64,000 nt of DNA, from assembly GCA_047967505.1 (NCBI GenBank), contig CM106538.1; one strand, given 5' to 3'. Shown piece by piece: positions 47,379-61,717 of the stretch. Under the pieces are notes generated by a model. It ran no database searches. It was not told where the DNA came from and saw only the letters and a list, made by a program, of their open reading frames with translations. Position 1 is the first letter of the stretch, and each line of letters opens with the position of its first letter. The translations under genes and the position numbers were made by a program. Source of the stretch: Dipteris shenzhenensis (lineage: Eukaryota).

Positions 47379-50300
47379 CCCCCCCCGCCTAGCCTCGCCT
47401 GCAACTCCCTCCCCACCTGCAGCTCCTCCGCCCCTCCGGACCCCCGCTGCCCCTCTGCTCCTGCTGCTCCCCCCTCTGTCTGCAGCTCCACTTGCTGCTC
47501 CCCCCCCCGCTTGCAACCCCTCCCCGCCTGCAGCTCCTCTGCCTACTGCCTTCTCTCTCCCGCTTCTGTTCCATCCTCCCCGCCTACCCTCAGCCCTCCG
47601 TCTACCCTCAGCCCTCCCTGCCTACCCTTAGCCCCCCCCTCCCCCGCCCTAGCCTATCATATCCTCGCTCCTCCCTCCTCCTCCATTCCCCTCCACATTC
47701 ACTCCTCCTCCACCCCGACCTACAGCCCCGCCTCCTTCTCCCTCCATTGAGCTCTCTGGCTCCATGCCTTGTGTTAGCTCCCTAGGGGTTCCTCCCGTCT
47801 TGGGGGGGGGTACCTGCTCTTGCTCCCTCTCCCGCTCCTGCAATAAGACTAAGACCTATACCAAACACGGGTTTGTCGAACGAAATGGGGGAAGGTGGCA
47901 AGGATACATATAAAGCTGCCAAGAAAGATGACAACAAAGCCAAGAAACAAACACAATTGAAACTCGAAGATGTGAACACACGCTACAAGTGCAGTGGACT
48001 CGGAGTGGACAGCAAAGCAAAGGTGGGACCCACCTCTGCCTCAGCTTCAGTCACAGCTTCAGCTTCAGTCTCAGCCTGGGTCTCTGCTACATCCTCATCC
48101 TCATCCTCAGCGCTAGCCTCAGCTTTAGCTTCAACATCAGCTCTTGTTCTAGTTTCAACTACACTTTTAGCTCCACTTACGCCCATAGCCTCTATAGTTA
48201 CAGCTACTGGCTCTGATATACCCCTACCCATGACATCGATTGCTCCACCCTCCCCTATGATAGAGGGGTTTCCAGTGACACCATCTCTTCCATCTCTCCC
48301 TTCTTCTCCCTCTACAGTTCTCTCTCCGATTATGACACCTACTTTGGAGGGGTCATACACTGTTCTGCACTACTCGACCTTTCTCTCCCCTCTGCCTTTC
48401 AGTCAGCCCATGCTCCCATACCGTGCCCACGCTCCCATACCGTGCTGGGATCGCCTCCTCCAGGCCACTATCTCATCTCCATACCATACCCATCTCACCT
48501 AGTCATCACCCAACCTCCAGTCTCATCCTCACACTTTCCGGCCACAGTTCTTTCAGTTTCCGTTAGAGCACAGACGAGTTGACCCATCAGAGGCTTGAGA
48601 GTACTTGCTGATAGAGGTCCAGAGCATCCGAGAGCGCGAGAGGGAGCTGTCACGCTTCGCATAGGAGCAAACACGCTTCACCCAGAAGCAAGCACGTCTC
48701 ATATAGGAGCAGTGTCAGGCTCAAATGGAAGATCTCACAGCTCCGACAAGACGTCACTGCTATATGTACAGTCCTAGGGAGTGCCCCAGTTGTGGAGGCA
48801 CATATTGCGAGCATGCAATGTGCCATCGAGGAGACGTCCAGATGGGTCAACATAGCTAAACGGGAACCTGCAAGAGTAACCGTTTCGGCTACCCTCCTGG
48901 AGCAGCAGCAGAGAGCCAGCAAGGCTCTCAACATCAGAGTACGTGGGATTCCCCGCATTGAGGCTACATCGATGCCGGATGCGCAGGCCTTCGTGACCAC
49001 TATCCTAGGGGCGACTGAGCACAGGATTGAGAGAGCATGGCGAGTTGGGAGGGACCCCAACCGAGAGCAGCCCCTTATTATACGGTTCCATGACGCCCAG
49101 GCATGACTTTCGGCTTTACATCATAGGTCAGCCTTACGAGACCAGCCAGCGATCTCCATGGATGAGGATCTCACTCCACTATAGGTTGAGAAGAGGCGCT
49201 TTCTGTTGCAGCAGCGGGATCAGGCCCGCAAGGAGGGGAAGTGGGCAGTAGTACGAGATGGACGACTCCTTACAGGCCCCCGTCAAGCACCCACCTCTCC
49301 CCGTATAGGGAGGTGGGGTCTATGAGACCCAGACATCCGAGACCCTATCTTGTACCATCTAGAACTGTAATGGTACCTTATGGTCAGAACCAGGGAGCTT
49401 CTCGGAATCCTATATAGGTCACGACATAGTCTTTTACACAGAGACACATCAGAGTCCAGAGTGCCCACTACCAGTAGTCAGCGGCGGGTATACATAGGAG
49501 TCCGCCTACAGAGATGAGACGAGGGATACATGAGGGGTTCGAGGGTCAAGAGGAGTCGCAGTCCTTTACAGATCCACACTTTTGGGGGCCATCTCAGTGG
49601 AGCATAGAGATCCACACTCTAGGTTTCTCTGGATCTGGATTCGACACATGGATAGCCGGGATTTGTTTATTGCAGTTTGCTACTTCCCCCCCGAGACCTC
49701 CCACTTTGCCAGAGATATTCGAGGGGAGGATGAGACATCCCCATTTGCTGTTCTTTATCAGTCCATTTTTTACTTCTCTAGCTGCGGGGAAGTCCTGCTA
49801 GTTGGGGACTGCAACGCGAGGACATGCGCTCGTCAGGCACCACTTCTCGACTTCAGGGATGACTCCACTCTACTGCCAGACATTGACCTCGAGGAGGCAG
49901 GTATGCTACGAGTTTCGCTGACAGATGAGGACTGCTCACATCTTATGGGCAGGCCCTAGTAGACCTTGGTAGGATGCATGATCTCATTATCTATAATGGC
50001 CTTGAGAGATGGCCCGCATCAGGTGGCTTCACTTGCTTTCCACATGTGGGAGGCTGCAGTGTTGTGGACTACATCATGGGATCCCCTACCTTCACATCTC
50101 GCATCACTGACTTTACCGTAGTACCTCTCCCTCCAGGGCTAACCATACCTATCTTTTCTTTAGCATTTCTACCCCCCGCCGCACAGCCCTTTCTACCCCG
50201 TTGAGTTCTTACTCCATCTACCATGATATACGCTTTGATCATGATCACTCACATACTTACTCTAGTCGTCTGTACATACTTCTCGCATACGTTGACTTTA

Positions 50301-53300
50301 TACCCTTATTTAGAGGATTGTGCTGCCCTAGTCACTCGCTCACTACACGAGATTGCTCTTCATGCCTCCCCCCACACCACCCGCCCACCACCGCCTAGGA
50401 CGGTACCCTGTAATAGCTGGTACGATGATGAGTGTAAGGCTTTACGCCGTCAGCTTAGATTCGAAACAAAAAACAGCCTTTTGAGCGAACCAGAGACGCT
50501 ACGCGAGTATTGTTGTCCAGTACGCAAGAAGAAACTTGACTTCGTGCGCCGGAACGAGGAGGAGCTACTGAACATTCTGTTCAGTAACAACTTTAAGGAC
50601 TTCTGGCGGAGATTTTTAGAGGGACAGTCCCCCCCACCACTCACTGACACTTAGGTGTGGTCTGATTATGCACGCACGCTCTATGATATCCCAAATCAGC
50701 CAGCCCCTAACCTATCACATATGCCATGCCCCACATCCTGCACCCTGTTCACTAGGGGGGGGGTAAAGGATGCCGTAATGAAACTTCATAATGGCCGAGC
50801 TAAGGATTATGAGGGACTATGCACTGGGTTCATTGCATATGGGATTAACCTCCTAGCCCCGAAGCTATTTAATGAAGTTGTTTGCTTGGGGTTTCCATGC
50901 AGCTGGACCATCAATACTATCTCACCCATCCACAAGGCAAGGGATCCCATGAACCCAGAGAACTACATGACCATTATGATTAGACATGTCATGTCCAAGA
51001 TTTATGCATCAGTACTTGATTCCGAGGTTAACAGATTTGCGGAGTGTCGAGGACTCAGAGCAGCGGGATAGGCCGATTTCAGGCGGGATCATGGGGCCAT
51101 GGACCATATTCTCACGCTCAGATGTATCATCGAGGAGACGAGGGCACGGAAGCATAGGGTTTACTGTTGCTTTGTGGATTTTTGCAAGGCATTTGACACC
51201 GTTCCGAGAGCCTGCCTTATACGACACCTACAGGATTTGGGTTACGACCAGGAGATCATTTGGGTTGTCATGGCACTTTATGAGCGAGTTTCAGGCAGAG
51301 TCCGGATAGGATCTGGATGGACAGACAAGATCATGAGCACTATCGGGATCAAAGGGTGTCCATTATCACCTACCTTGTTTGGCCTCTACATCGATGAGCT
51401 CGAGACAGTGATGCAGGCACAAGGTGGGGTAGGTTGCTCTCTCGCGGGCACCCTGATCCGGATATTACTTTACGCAGATGACGTGGCTCTCTTGTCCTCC
51501 TCAGCAAAGAGGCTCTAGAGACACCTTGATGCACTACAATCCTTTTGTGAGTCTCATGATTTGAAGGTTAACTTGGGTAAAACCAAGGTTATGACCTTCA
51601 ATACATCACGAGCCGTCATCCGCGATGAGCATTTCGCATTTGATGGGTCCCCTGTTGAGGTAGTTTCATCATAAACTTATCTTGGGCGTCTTTTCCGAAC
51701 CCATCTTTACCATGAGACCCGCGATGCATGCACGCCTTAGCAGAGGATATGCTTCATTGTCTAGACTAGAGAGACAATGCTTCTGCTCTCACTTTCAGGA
51801 TCCACGGACCAAAGGGTTGCTTTTTGACTCCTTAGTCTGCTTAGCAGGGATGTGTGGCAGTCCATGCTGGGGGCTAGACTTGTCAGATACAGAATGGGCC
51901 AGGGTGGAGTGGCTACAGGTTCTCATGCTATCATGGATGATCCGTGGTAAGCCATCCGTCCCTCAGCAGATTATTCGGGCGGAGTTTGGGTCACCCCCAT
52001 TACATCTAGATGCTGCATTTCAGGTCATTACGTATCTGTACCGAGTTAGGGAGTATGGGGATTACACATCCGGGCGTAGCAGGATACCATGGCTAGCACT
52101 GTCCTCTTCTATGGCACTTGCAGCAGGGAGAGACCAGAGGTGTTGGTATGCACACACAGAGAGATGGTTTGTAGGACTAGGGTTCACATGGGCGGACTAC
52201 CTCCTTTCCAGTACAGCATGGATGCTCCTTTCTCTTGCCTCCTATCACACAAGGTCAACTAGGTTATTCGTGAGGATCTACTACAGCTACACACATTCCA
52301 GACTTGGTTGGGCCCGAGTGATCTTCTAGTGAAGCTGGGCTTCTACAGAGATCACCTCTTACATATCACAGCAGAGGGTTTCATTGATCCACTTGGATAC
52401 ACGCAAATTCACCTACCCCACTCGTTGAGGATCTCTCTTGAGCAGTTCCGGGTCTCTTCACACAGACTTCGTATCGAGAGCGGCAGAGCAGAGCGGTTAC
52501 CCAGGGAGAGGCGCATATGCACACTGTGTGACATGCAAGAGGTTGAGACAGAGGAGCATTTCATCTTCAGGTGTCCTGTTTACTATGAGATCCGAGGGCG
52601 TTTCTACTGCCTCTTCAGAGATAGTTATGGGGTTTGGCCCGTTTCCTCTCCTACCCAGACGAGCGATGTTTGGCTGGTTTCATTCATGAAGTACTCAGAC
52701 ACCGAGATAGGATACTCCGAGCATGGAGACAGGAGCAGACTTCTTCCTCGACTGATACCTCTCAGAGCTCTATCACGGAGTTCTTTCAGCCAGATCACAT
52801 AGACCCCCATGAGACGAGACCTTGACATGACCGTGACCCGAAGCCTGTGACTCGACAGCTCAGACAGAGGATTGACTCACAGATCATACTTGGGGACATC
52901 CCCTCCTTGTTCAGGGTCGACGGGGGTCGCAGTGGCCCTGGTTAGACGTAGAGCAACCAGGAGACATACCAAGACTGCACCGTTAGGGGAGCGACAACGC
53001 TCTATTGTTGACCTCATGCCTCCACTTCCACAGCCTCATCCATCCTGATATCCTTTTGCTGCTGTTGATGATGATGATGATGATGGTTATGATGATGTCG
53101 ACGATGATGCTGAGATTGATATATATAGTCGAGATATGACTATGTTGCACTTAGGATTTAGTACTGCCATTTTGCATTTTTTTTGCATTTTGCATTGGTG
53201 TGGATGCTCGTTTAGTAGCTCCACTACCACAGCTTATTGTATCAGGTTTTTCACAGTCTCATAGACCCATCGGTCTTCTGAAGACTTTAATACACTTTCT

Positions 53301-53320
53301 TTCTTTCTTTCTTTCTTTCT
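47288..53320 (+). mobile_element. Full-length but decayed two-ORF LINE, RTEX-like
   Basis: TSD CATCTGT at 47281-47287 and 53321-53327; C-rich 5' UTR; ORF1 with coiled coil plus RRM-like region; ORF2 APE (LVGDCNART, VVDY), RT (FVDFCKAFDTV, GCPLSPTLF, YADD) and C-terminal CCHC (CTLC...ETEEHFIFRCPVY); (CTTT)n tail. Confidence 0.93.
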
Positions 53321-54008
53321 CATCTGTTGCCTTGCCCCTTGCAAACAGATGGCTTCCAACTGCACCTTTGCCTTTGCAACAATGAGCCTACTTCACCTCC
53401 CAAAGAATCTGCTGCCTCGGTTGAGTCTGCGGGGAGGGAGGGGGGGAGGGGCTGGTCTCCTAGGGCAGTCACATGTGAGGTGACCCATCTGTCTAGACCG
53501 TAGGCACTGTCTTGGTAACCGTGAGTCATCAACCCTATGATGGAACTCTCTCCCATCTAGGGTCTCAAGGTAAATCTCCTTCGGGAGGGACTCCAGACTC
53601 TCGACAATGAGCCTGAGTCTACGAACTCCGTCGTCCACCACAAGCGAAGTTGCTATGTCCAGTGGAGACTCTAGCACTGTGCCAAAAGCGCGACCAATGG
53701 ACGGAAGGATGGCCCTAAACTCCATCAGGAGCCTCATGAAGCGGAGCGTCACCGGGAAGTGGGGTACGTGATAGGTTATGTCCATATTCCAACTGTGAAA
53801 CCATGGTATTGAGGAAAAGAGATACATTAGATGCGGGCCGAGGAAAATGGGGCTTTGCTCCACAAGTGGCAGGTGTCAGGTGAGCCTAGTTGGAGAAGGA
53901 AGACTCCACTCTTGTAGATAGTGACATTTTGAATGTGGTTACCATCTAGTGCTAAGCTCGCTTGGATCCCATCACACACTTGGCGCCTCGTAGGAGTGAG
54001 ACCCACAA

Positions 54009-54615
54009 CATAGTTTTTTCCATACGTTTCCATATGGCATATGCATATGGGGTATGATAGTATAGTATGGAAAAATGCCCTTGGCTGAACCATACGCGGC
54101 CGTAAAATTTTTCATACTTTCAAAACATAAAGTATATGAAATTTTATTAACAAATTCAAGTTTCATGTTTCAACTACTTAAGCATTCCAAAACTATATCT
54201 TAAACCATAGACAATTATAGAATCTAGATTCACAAACATTGAAAGGCTTGTCACTTCATGATTCATCATTAGTGGGCGAATACATCAATGATCAAGGATT
54301 GAAGAGTCATGAGTCTGAAAACTCTAAAAGACAAGTCTAGGAAAAGTTTCCAAAAAAGTTTCAACTTTCAACTTTCAAGCATCAAAGCTGAAAACTATAA
54401 AAGCCTAGATGAGACTGCAAAAAGGGAATGAGGCTATAAAAGTCAAGACTTTAGCTTCAATCTGCTAGCTCTAGAGTCTCAATGGTCAACTTCTTACTCT
54501 CTTCTCCCTCCTCCTCATCATTATCAAAAACTTGATATGGTCACGTATGAATTCCCATTTCATACGTCTTTTCTTCGTTTGGTTTCTATACGATAAGCTC
54601 ATGGGAAAAGCTATT
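54009..54615. mobile_element. Non-autonomous hAT element (607 bp)
   Basis: Imperfect TIRs CATAGTTTTTTCCAT / ATGGGAAAAGCTATT; 8-bp TSD ACCCACAA/ATCCACAA; removal restores the L1 ORF1 frame. Confidence 0.8.
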
Positions 54616-56472
54616 ATCCACAATCATGCCTATCACTGCTTTGTCTTGTAGGGATTGCACCGCTTGCTTCCAGTTGCTTGTCTTCTCGGGAGAGAGGACC
54701 TTAACGGCATGGGGAGTCGAGGGTGCTGCCATGAGAGCCCCTCTGGCCAAAACAAGGGTCACCACCAAGAGACTTTGTCTCTGAGGGAAGGCAAAAACAC
54801 ATCGCTGCAAGGAGAGAATGGGGGGGTGGAAAAATGGAAAGATTAAGGAAAGGGCACCCACCAGTTTGCGTAGAGAGATTGCTCCAAACACACGAGTGGG
54901 TTGGCGTAAAAGAGATGAAAAGCGGCACTCCAGGCTGGAATCTGAGAGCTGCAAAGAGAAATTTACCCAAAGGGCGTCAAGGTTAGCACTTAGCCTTGGT
55001 ATGGCCTTGTAGGCTAGTTAGGATCAGTCAACCCTCAGGTTGACTTCATTGGTCAATACTTTTGGTTGACTTTGGGGGCTATATTGGCCACCACTTGTAC
55101 TTTCTCATTATCCATTTGCAAGTACTTCGTTTTTTCTCAGTTGTTGCTTGCTTCTTTGCATTCCATTAGTCCCCGCACCCAATAGTGGTATCAGAGCAGG
55201 TTCTCTTGCTCCTACTTGCCTTCCCCTGTGCTCACCTTCAGTTCAGCTCAGCTTCCAGGCAACAATTCAATCCCAGTGCAACTCGTTTTTGCTGATTATA
55301 GTGCTAGGGCACCTCTGCATGTGTTCCCTCGGGAAGCCCAGATGAGAGAGGACAGAGATGGAATAGAGCGAGAGCAGGATTGCATTCCAGCCTCCTCCGG
55401 ACCTTCAGCCAACATGTACGCTGACTTTCCTTGGTACTGGAACAACTTTGCAGCAGCGTTGAATGTAGAAAATTGTTTCTAGAGTCGGAAAATAGTCAGG
55501 GAACTGTTTTGACTTTTTCAGATACGATTTCAATTTTTTTCGTTGTTTTTGACTAGTTGCTATAAAAAGGACACCATTCTGCTCGTACATGCCCGTACGG
55601 TCCATATGGATGACCACACGGATGTACGAAATCAATGCTTTTGACTGTAAACAATTTGTACAGCCTCTGCATATCCGTCCACACAGTTTTGGGTGACTTT
55701 GGATCTCCGTACAGCTGAAAACAGCTTGTTTTTCTTGCAGTTCAGCCACGTTGTAAAAGTGCTTTTGCAGATTTCAGGGTGTATTTTGAGGCTTTTGAGC
55801 TGTTGCAGTGACATTGAGGTGATTTTGCTCTAGAAATTGGGGCTTTTGTGTCACATATGTAGATTTTGTAGTGACATTTGCTCCTTTTGGTTACAATTTG
55901 GGGCTTTTGCAGTATATTTCGTCTTTTGACTCTATTTTACCTCCGAAATTGAGGATTTTGGATCCATTGCTGGTAGATTGCGGGATATTTTCAGATTTGC
56001 ACATTATTTTGTTACATTTGCACTCATTGCAGTGACATTTGGCTGCTTTGATATGAAATTTAGGGTTTTTCAATGACATTGGCAAGAAATCGCAGCAGAT
56101 TTGGTCACATCTGCAAAATTACAGCTTATTTTGGGGCTTTTACCAATTCGCCCTCTTTTCGGCATATTTGCCCCACAAAATTTGGGCTTTTGCTAGATTT
56201 GCTATTATTTGCAGTCACTTTTACTTGATACAGCCAAATTTGGGTTTGATTTTCATTTGCCCTTTGATTTGCGTACTTTGCCTTCAGAATTTGGGGCGTG
56301 TCTTCTGTGCACTCCACTTGGCTTTCATGCCCCAGAAGTTGCTTTGCAGGGACATTTAGCCACTATTTGTGGGCACATCGTACTCAGATTTTCCTTGGAT
56401 AGATTTGAAGGTATTTGCCCTTTGATTTGGGCTGGTCACTTTTCTTGCAGGACATGCTTTTGCAGGGCAGTG

Positions 56473-59400
56473 TGAGAGTGCTCTCAACGGAAGCAAGAAT
56501 GGAAGAAGGAGAGAGAGAGACAGAGAGCCACACAAGTTTTGGTGGGTGCAGAACCACCCTAATCTTCTTTTTCATTCATTTATATATGTGTTTGAGTATT
56601 GTACATAACTGGGGTAAAGGCACAGTGACCTTTAACCCCCACAACCTCCCACTTAAAGGACAATGTGCCTTTAAGGGAGAACAACCAGTGAGCATGAAAC
56701 CGGCTTCTAATCACTCAGAGGGCAGTGGAACTAAACCTTTAATCACTTCAGCACTTATTTACAGCTCACAAAGCATATATCACAACCATTAACCATTGCA
56801 TGATCACCATTTGGCATTTACCCATTTGTTCACAAACAAAACCACTGAAAAAGGGATGGAGGCTAGAATGCCCCTGCTCAACAGACATAGACAAGTGCAC
56901 CCGATTGGCCCCAAACACCGTGGCGCCCCTTTCGGTATTTCTTTATATTTCACAGTGAAATGATTACAAGTTGCATCTGGGAGACCTTCCCTGCAACTGA
57001 GCACGCAGCCCCAATTCACTAAGCCTTCGCAAGGCTTTCAAGCATATAACACCATCACATAAGTGCACTTAACCCGTAGGCTCAACCCAAAGGCATTCTC
57101 TTTTCCGAGTGCAATTCCATTGGCCACCTGGAACTCTAGGGGGGCCACTGAAGGTACATGGTCCTCTAGGGGACCCATTAAAAATGCCACGTCATCATTT
57201 TCCAACAACCACTCTTTTAATTCCTTGGAATGCCTTTGGGCCTAGGGATTAATTACGCTTATGTGCTAGGCACCATGCCGCGTTTAATTACACAATTACA
57301 CATTATTAAGCCCACGCTTGGACTTTTAAAACCAAAGTTGTCACGGTCTTGTAGTACATTAAAGTACTTAGAATTTCACGCCCCCGTGACAGAGCATACT
57401 ATCCAATGCCCATCAATACACAACAATACTCAAACCGCTGACTAGGTAGACTCTTCGTCAGCATATCTGCAGGGTTATCATCTGTATGAACCTTGACAAG
57501 CTCTATGCGCTTGTCCTCAAGTACCTCCCTAATGAAATGGTACCTGACCTCAATGTGTTTGGTCTTTGCATAAAGACCGGATTCCGTGCTAGCTGAATAG
57601 CACTCATGGAATCACTATGCAATGTTGGTACACCTGTATGAATCCCCAAATCTCCCACTAGCCGATCAAGCCATATAGCCTCCTTGCAACCCTCTGTGGC
57701 TGCAACATACTCAGCCTCTGTGGTAGACAAAGCCACGCACTTCTGTGCACGAGACATCCACGACACTGCACCACCTGCAAAGGTGAACACATAACCAGAA
57801 GTGGATCTCCTACTATCCACATGCCCTTTGCATAGTCTGAATCTGTGTACCCAAGTACACGCATGTCTCCTTTACCAAGGCAAATGCACATCTCCTTGGT
57901 ACCCTTCATGTACCTCATGATGCACTTAACTGCCTCCCAATGCCTCTTTCCTTGGATTAGCCATATACCGGCTAACAACGCCCACTGCAAATGCAATGTC
58001 TGATCTAGTAGCTATCATAGCATACATAAGACTCCCAACCGCTGATGCATAAGGAACCTTGGCCATCATGGCCCTCTCCTCATCTGACATGTGCATATGC
58101 CTCACACCCAAATATACGCAAATGAGAGTAAGAGGGCTTCTTGCCACTCCATGCCTCTTCAGGAATACCACCATCCAAACTCTTACTAGGTGATCTATTG
58201 ATCACATGCACTGTAGTCTTCATTGCCTCAGCCCAAAAACCACCAGAAAGACTTGCATTGGAAAGCATGCATTGCAACCTTTCTTGAATGGTACGGTTCA
58301 TCTTTTCTGCAACTGGATTTTGCTCTGGAGTACGAGGGGATGTGAGCTCCCTCTTAATCCCACATGTATCACAGAAATGCTGAAAGTCATGAGAGAGATA
58401 CTCTCCACCATTGTCAGTCCGTAGGCATTTAAGCATTCTACCTGACTGATTCTCAACCAAGGCCAGCCATTTCTGAAATACCTGGAACACATCACTCTTC
58501 CGAGCTATAGCATAAGCCCACACTTTCCTAGTTGCATCATCAATGAATATCACATAGTATTCAGCCCCGCCTAATGACTGTGTGTAGGCATGGGACCACA
58601 TACGTCTGAATGCACCAAATCAAGCATTTCAAACTCTTTCTTTCCCCTTCTTTTATGGGCTGATTTAGTCTGCTTCCCATAGAAACAATGCTCACAAAAT
58701 TCAAAATCAGAGAAACTTAAATGCGGTACATAACCCAAACGGCATAAGAGTTTCATTCCATTCTGGCTCATGTGCCCCAACCTGTAATGCCACAAAGAAG
58801 TGCTTGGCTGCTCGATTATTGCAACAACATGATCAAATACCCCTGATACATGTAAGGGATACAAAGTCCCACACTTGGCACCCCTGGCCAAAAGCATGGA
58901 GCCCTTTTGAATTTTCCAACTCTGAAAGCCAAAAGTGGTGTGAAAACCAGCATCATCTAGCTGACCCACTGAAATAAGACTCTTGGTCAGCTTAGGCACA
59001 TGTCTCACATGTTTCAAAACAAATGCAGACCCATTTGCAAAAGAAAACTTTATGTCACATGCTCCCACTATGTCACATGCATAGTCATTTCCAAGATGCA
59101 CACAACCTGTCTTTCCACTATCATAAGTGGAGAACCATTCCCTATGGGGAGTAACATGGAATGAAGCACCAGAATCCAAAATCCAATCCTGGGAATATGC
59201 ATCATCTTAAGTGGTAAGCAACTCTGCAGATAAACTAGACATGAAGAGAACGTCATTGTCACTATCATGTGTGACTGCATTGACCTCCTCGATCTTCACT
59301 TTTGCTTTGTCCTCCCTTGGACTCTCTTCCTTTTGATTTGCACCCCAATTTGAATTCTTTTTCTTATCCCTTTGCTCTCTTTTTAGCTTGTAGCAATCCT

Positions 59401-61717
59401 TTTTCATATGGCCCTTCTTGCCACAGTGGTAACACTCAATGTTCCGTGCCGTGGATGTGCTACGTGACTTCCCTCTTTCTTGGGACTTCCCCCTGAACTG
59501 TGATCTGCCCCTTTGCACATTTAAGGCTGCATCCTGCTTGTTGCCATCCATAGACTTCCGTCTAATCTCCTCGGCCAACAAGCTACCCACAACATCATCA
59601 AATTTCAGTACTCCACCAAGTGCAGAGTTACTAACAGCTGTACGGAAGGTATCCCATGAGGATGGCAAGGAACATTAGAGAAATATTGCCTTAGTCTCCG
59701 CATCAAAATTCATCTTCTGAGCCTGAAGCTGGCTGAAAATAATATTGAATTCATTCAAGTGAGAAGCAATGGAGACCCCTTCCTTCATTTGCAGCTCAAA
59801 TAACCTCTTCATGAGATAAACTTTATTAGAGGCAGTTTCCTTCTCATAAGTGGCACACAGTTTCTTCCACAAATCTTCCGTAGTCTGCTCATTTACTACT
59901 GTGAAATAAACTGACTCTGCAAGATGAAGTCTAATAGTAGACTTTGCTAATGCATCCAACTCATTCCAATCATCCTCAGACATATTTGCAGGCTTAGCTT
60001 CAATCCCTGCCAAGGGTTTAATCTGCTTCTTTTGAATAAGCACATCCCTTATTTGTTCTTTCCACAAAGGAAAGTTTGTCCCATCAAACTTTTTAATGCT
60101 GAAAAACTCCTTTTCAGACGTGGAAGAGGATGCCATGATGCAAATGAAACAAAATCCCAAATGCTAGTGCCTGCAAGAGAGAATCACACCAAATACTAGG
60201 TGCACCCAAATGTGTATGCCACAATAGAGTGAAATATCACCAAAATTCAAAGCTCAAAGCATCAAAAGATGCATCTGACTCTTGTGCATATACTATGCAT
60301 CCATATGAGCAAATCTGGCCCAAAAGAAAATGCCAATAAGTGCCAAATGACTCAAGCATAAACACCGTCCACTGGCATATGCATCAATAATATCTCATCC
60401 AAGAGAGCATAGCACTATCAGTGCATCACCTGCAATGTGTCAAAGCTGTTCCTCAGCATAAAATAGCATCCATGTGCAAAGCGTCCATAAAAAATAGCAT
60501 CCCACAAGGCAATTTGGGCCTATCAGCGCATCCAATAAGGACCGCAATGCATCCAAATGGCCTATAAATCATCCACTGCAACCCAATGCACACCACGAAT
60601 GAGCGCACACTGCTACTGCAACCAGAGTGATCTGCATAAGGTATGCTCAAGAAATCATAGTCCCACGGTAATGAGCGCTACTGAAAATAGAACCTGAGAT
60701 GCCTCAAAACATGGGCGCCATTGCATAATCGGAATCAGCAAGAAAATCTGCAAATATCTCTCTTTTGCCAGAACTCCAAAATCCCAACCGATGAGTGAGA
60801 AATGGGAGTCAACACTTATCCACTGCCATGTGGCATAAATCTAAGGTTTCAAAACCTTAGAATGAAAAATGCATAACAGAGAGACGAAATCGAATACACA
60901 GAGATCTATAACTCTGAAAATTCTCCACCGAATCGCGCAAGAACTGACAGGTAGGGGACAGACGGTTTTGGAAACCGTGGTCTCAATCACTGGGTCCAAC
61001 ACACGGACTGAAAAACGTTTTTGGAAACAGAGCTATCTGTAAACTCCACCGGAGTGCGAATGATGAGCAACATAGAAGTTTTAGGACCTCCTGAGTCCAC
61101 AGGAACTGACAGATCTGCAAATGGTTGCTCCAAACTTGAGTTCCAACACCCGGGCAAAAAACGCAGGAACTGACACAGTGAGTCAGAAATCCAATGAAAT
61201 GATCCCAGATTCAAGAATGAAGGTGTTTCCAAGCTCCTGAAGTAATGTGGACACCAAAAGCAAGCAATAGTTGCCTCTACAAGTCAATATGGAGTCTCTG
61301 TCATCGAACGGAACAGGGAAAAGCTCAAAAAACGACTTTTTCTTTGAAAGCTCTTAACAAGCTCTCAAAACCACTTCGCAAAGCCAAAGTGACTTTTCCA
61401 AATGTTCCTCCAAGGTCTCTGCACACTCGGATGCAAGTAAAGTCGCCCACAAAGCTTCCCACAGAGCTTCTCCTTCCTCTCACAGAGCTGCTGAGCTTCA
61501 AGCATTCACGCACGCTCAGCTAGATCACTCGGGCTCTGATACCAGTTGAGAGTGCTCTCAATGGAAGCAAGAATGGAAGAAGGAGAGAGAGAGACAGAGA
61601 GCCACACAAGTTTTGGTGGGTGTAGAACCACCCTAATCTTCTTTTTCATTCATTTATATATGTGTTTGAGTATTGTACATAACTGGGGTAAAGGCACAGT
61701 GACCTTTAACCCCCACA
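56473..61717 (-). mobile_element. Ty1/Copia element with RT largely deleted
   Basis: 171-bp LTRs 61717-61547 and 56643-56473 (2 differences seen); TSD CAGTG; PBS TGGTATCAGAGC; gag with CYHCGKKGHMKKDC, protease LDSGAS, integrase, then a direct junction to the RT end (DEERAMMAK) and RNase H. Confidence 0.97.
56695..57391. mobile_element. Solo LTR (697 bp) in the Copia 3' UTR
   Basis: TG...CA ends with perfect 5-bp TSD GAGCA (56690-56694, 57392-57396); removal gives a short 3' UTR matching that of the Copia at ~2030-2067. Confidence 0.85.

Larger units (their letters stand above)
46100..54990 (-). mobile_element. L1-type LINE ORF1 region, split by a LINE (47288-53320) and an hAT element (54009-54615)
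   Basis: AVIGMIV|GLTPTRRQV rejoins across the hAT insertion; AILPSIGRAFGTVL and degenerate knuckle CLRSRQMGHLTCDC are typical of plant L1 ORF1; left boundary uncertain. Confidence 0.7.

Noticed and set aside
47278-47843. Pro-rich and Gly-rich ORFs
   Set aside because: They come from the C-rich low-complexity 5' UTR of the LINE.
50234-50248. TTTGATCATGAT (FDHD) as a possible aminopeptidase FDHEE exon
   Set aside because: It lies inside LINE ORF2, lacks EEVGS and has no splice context.
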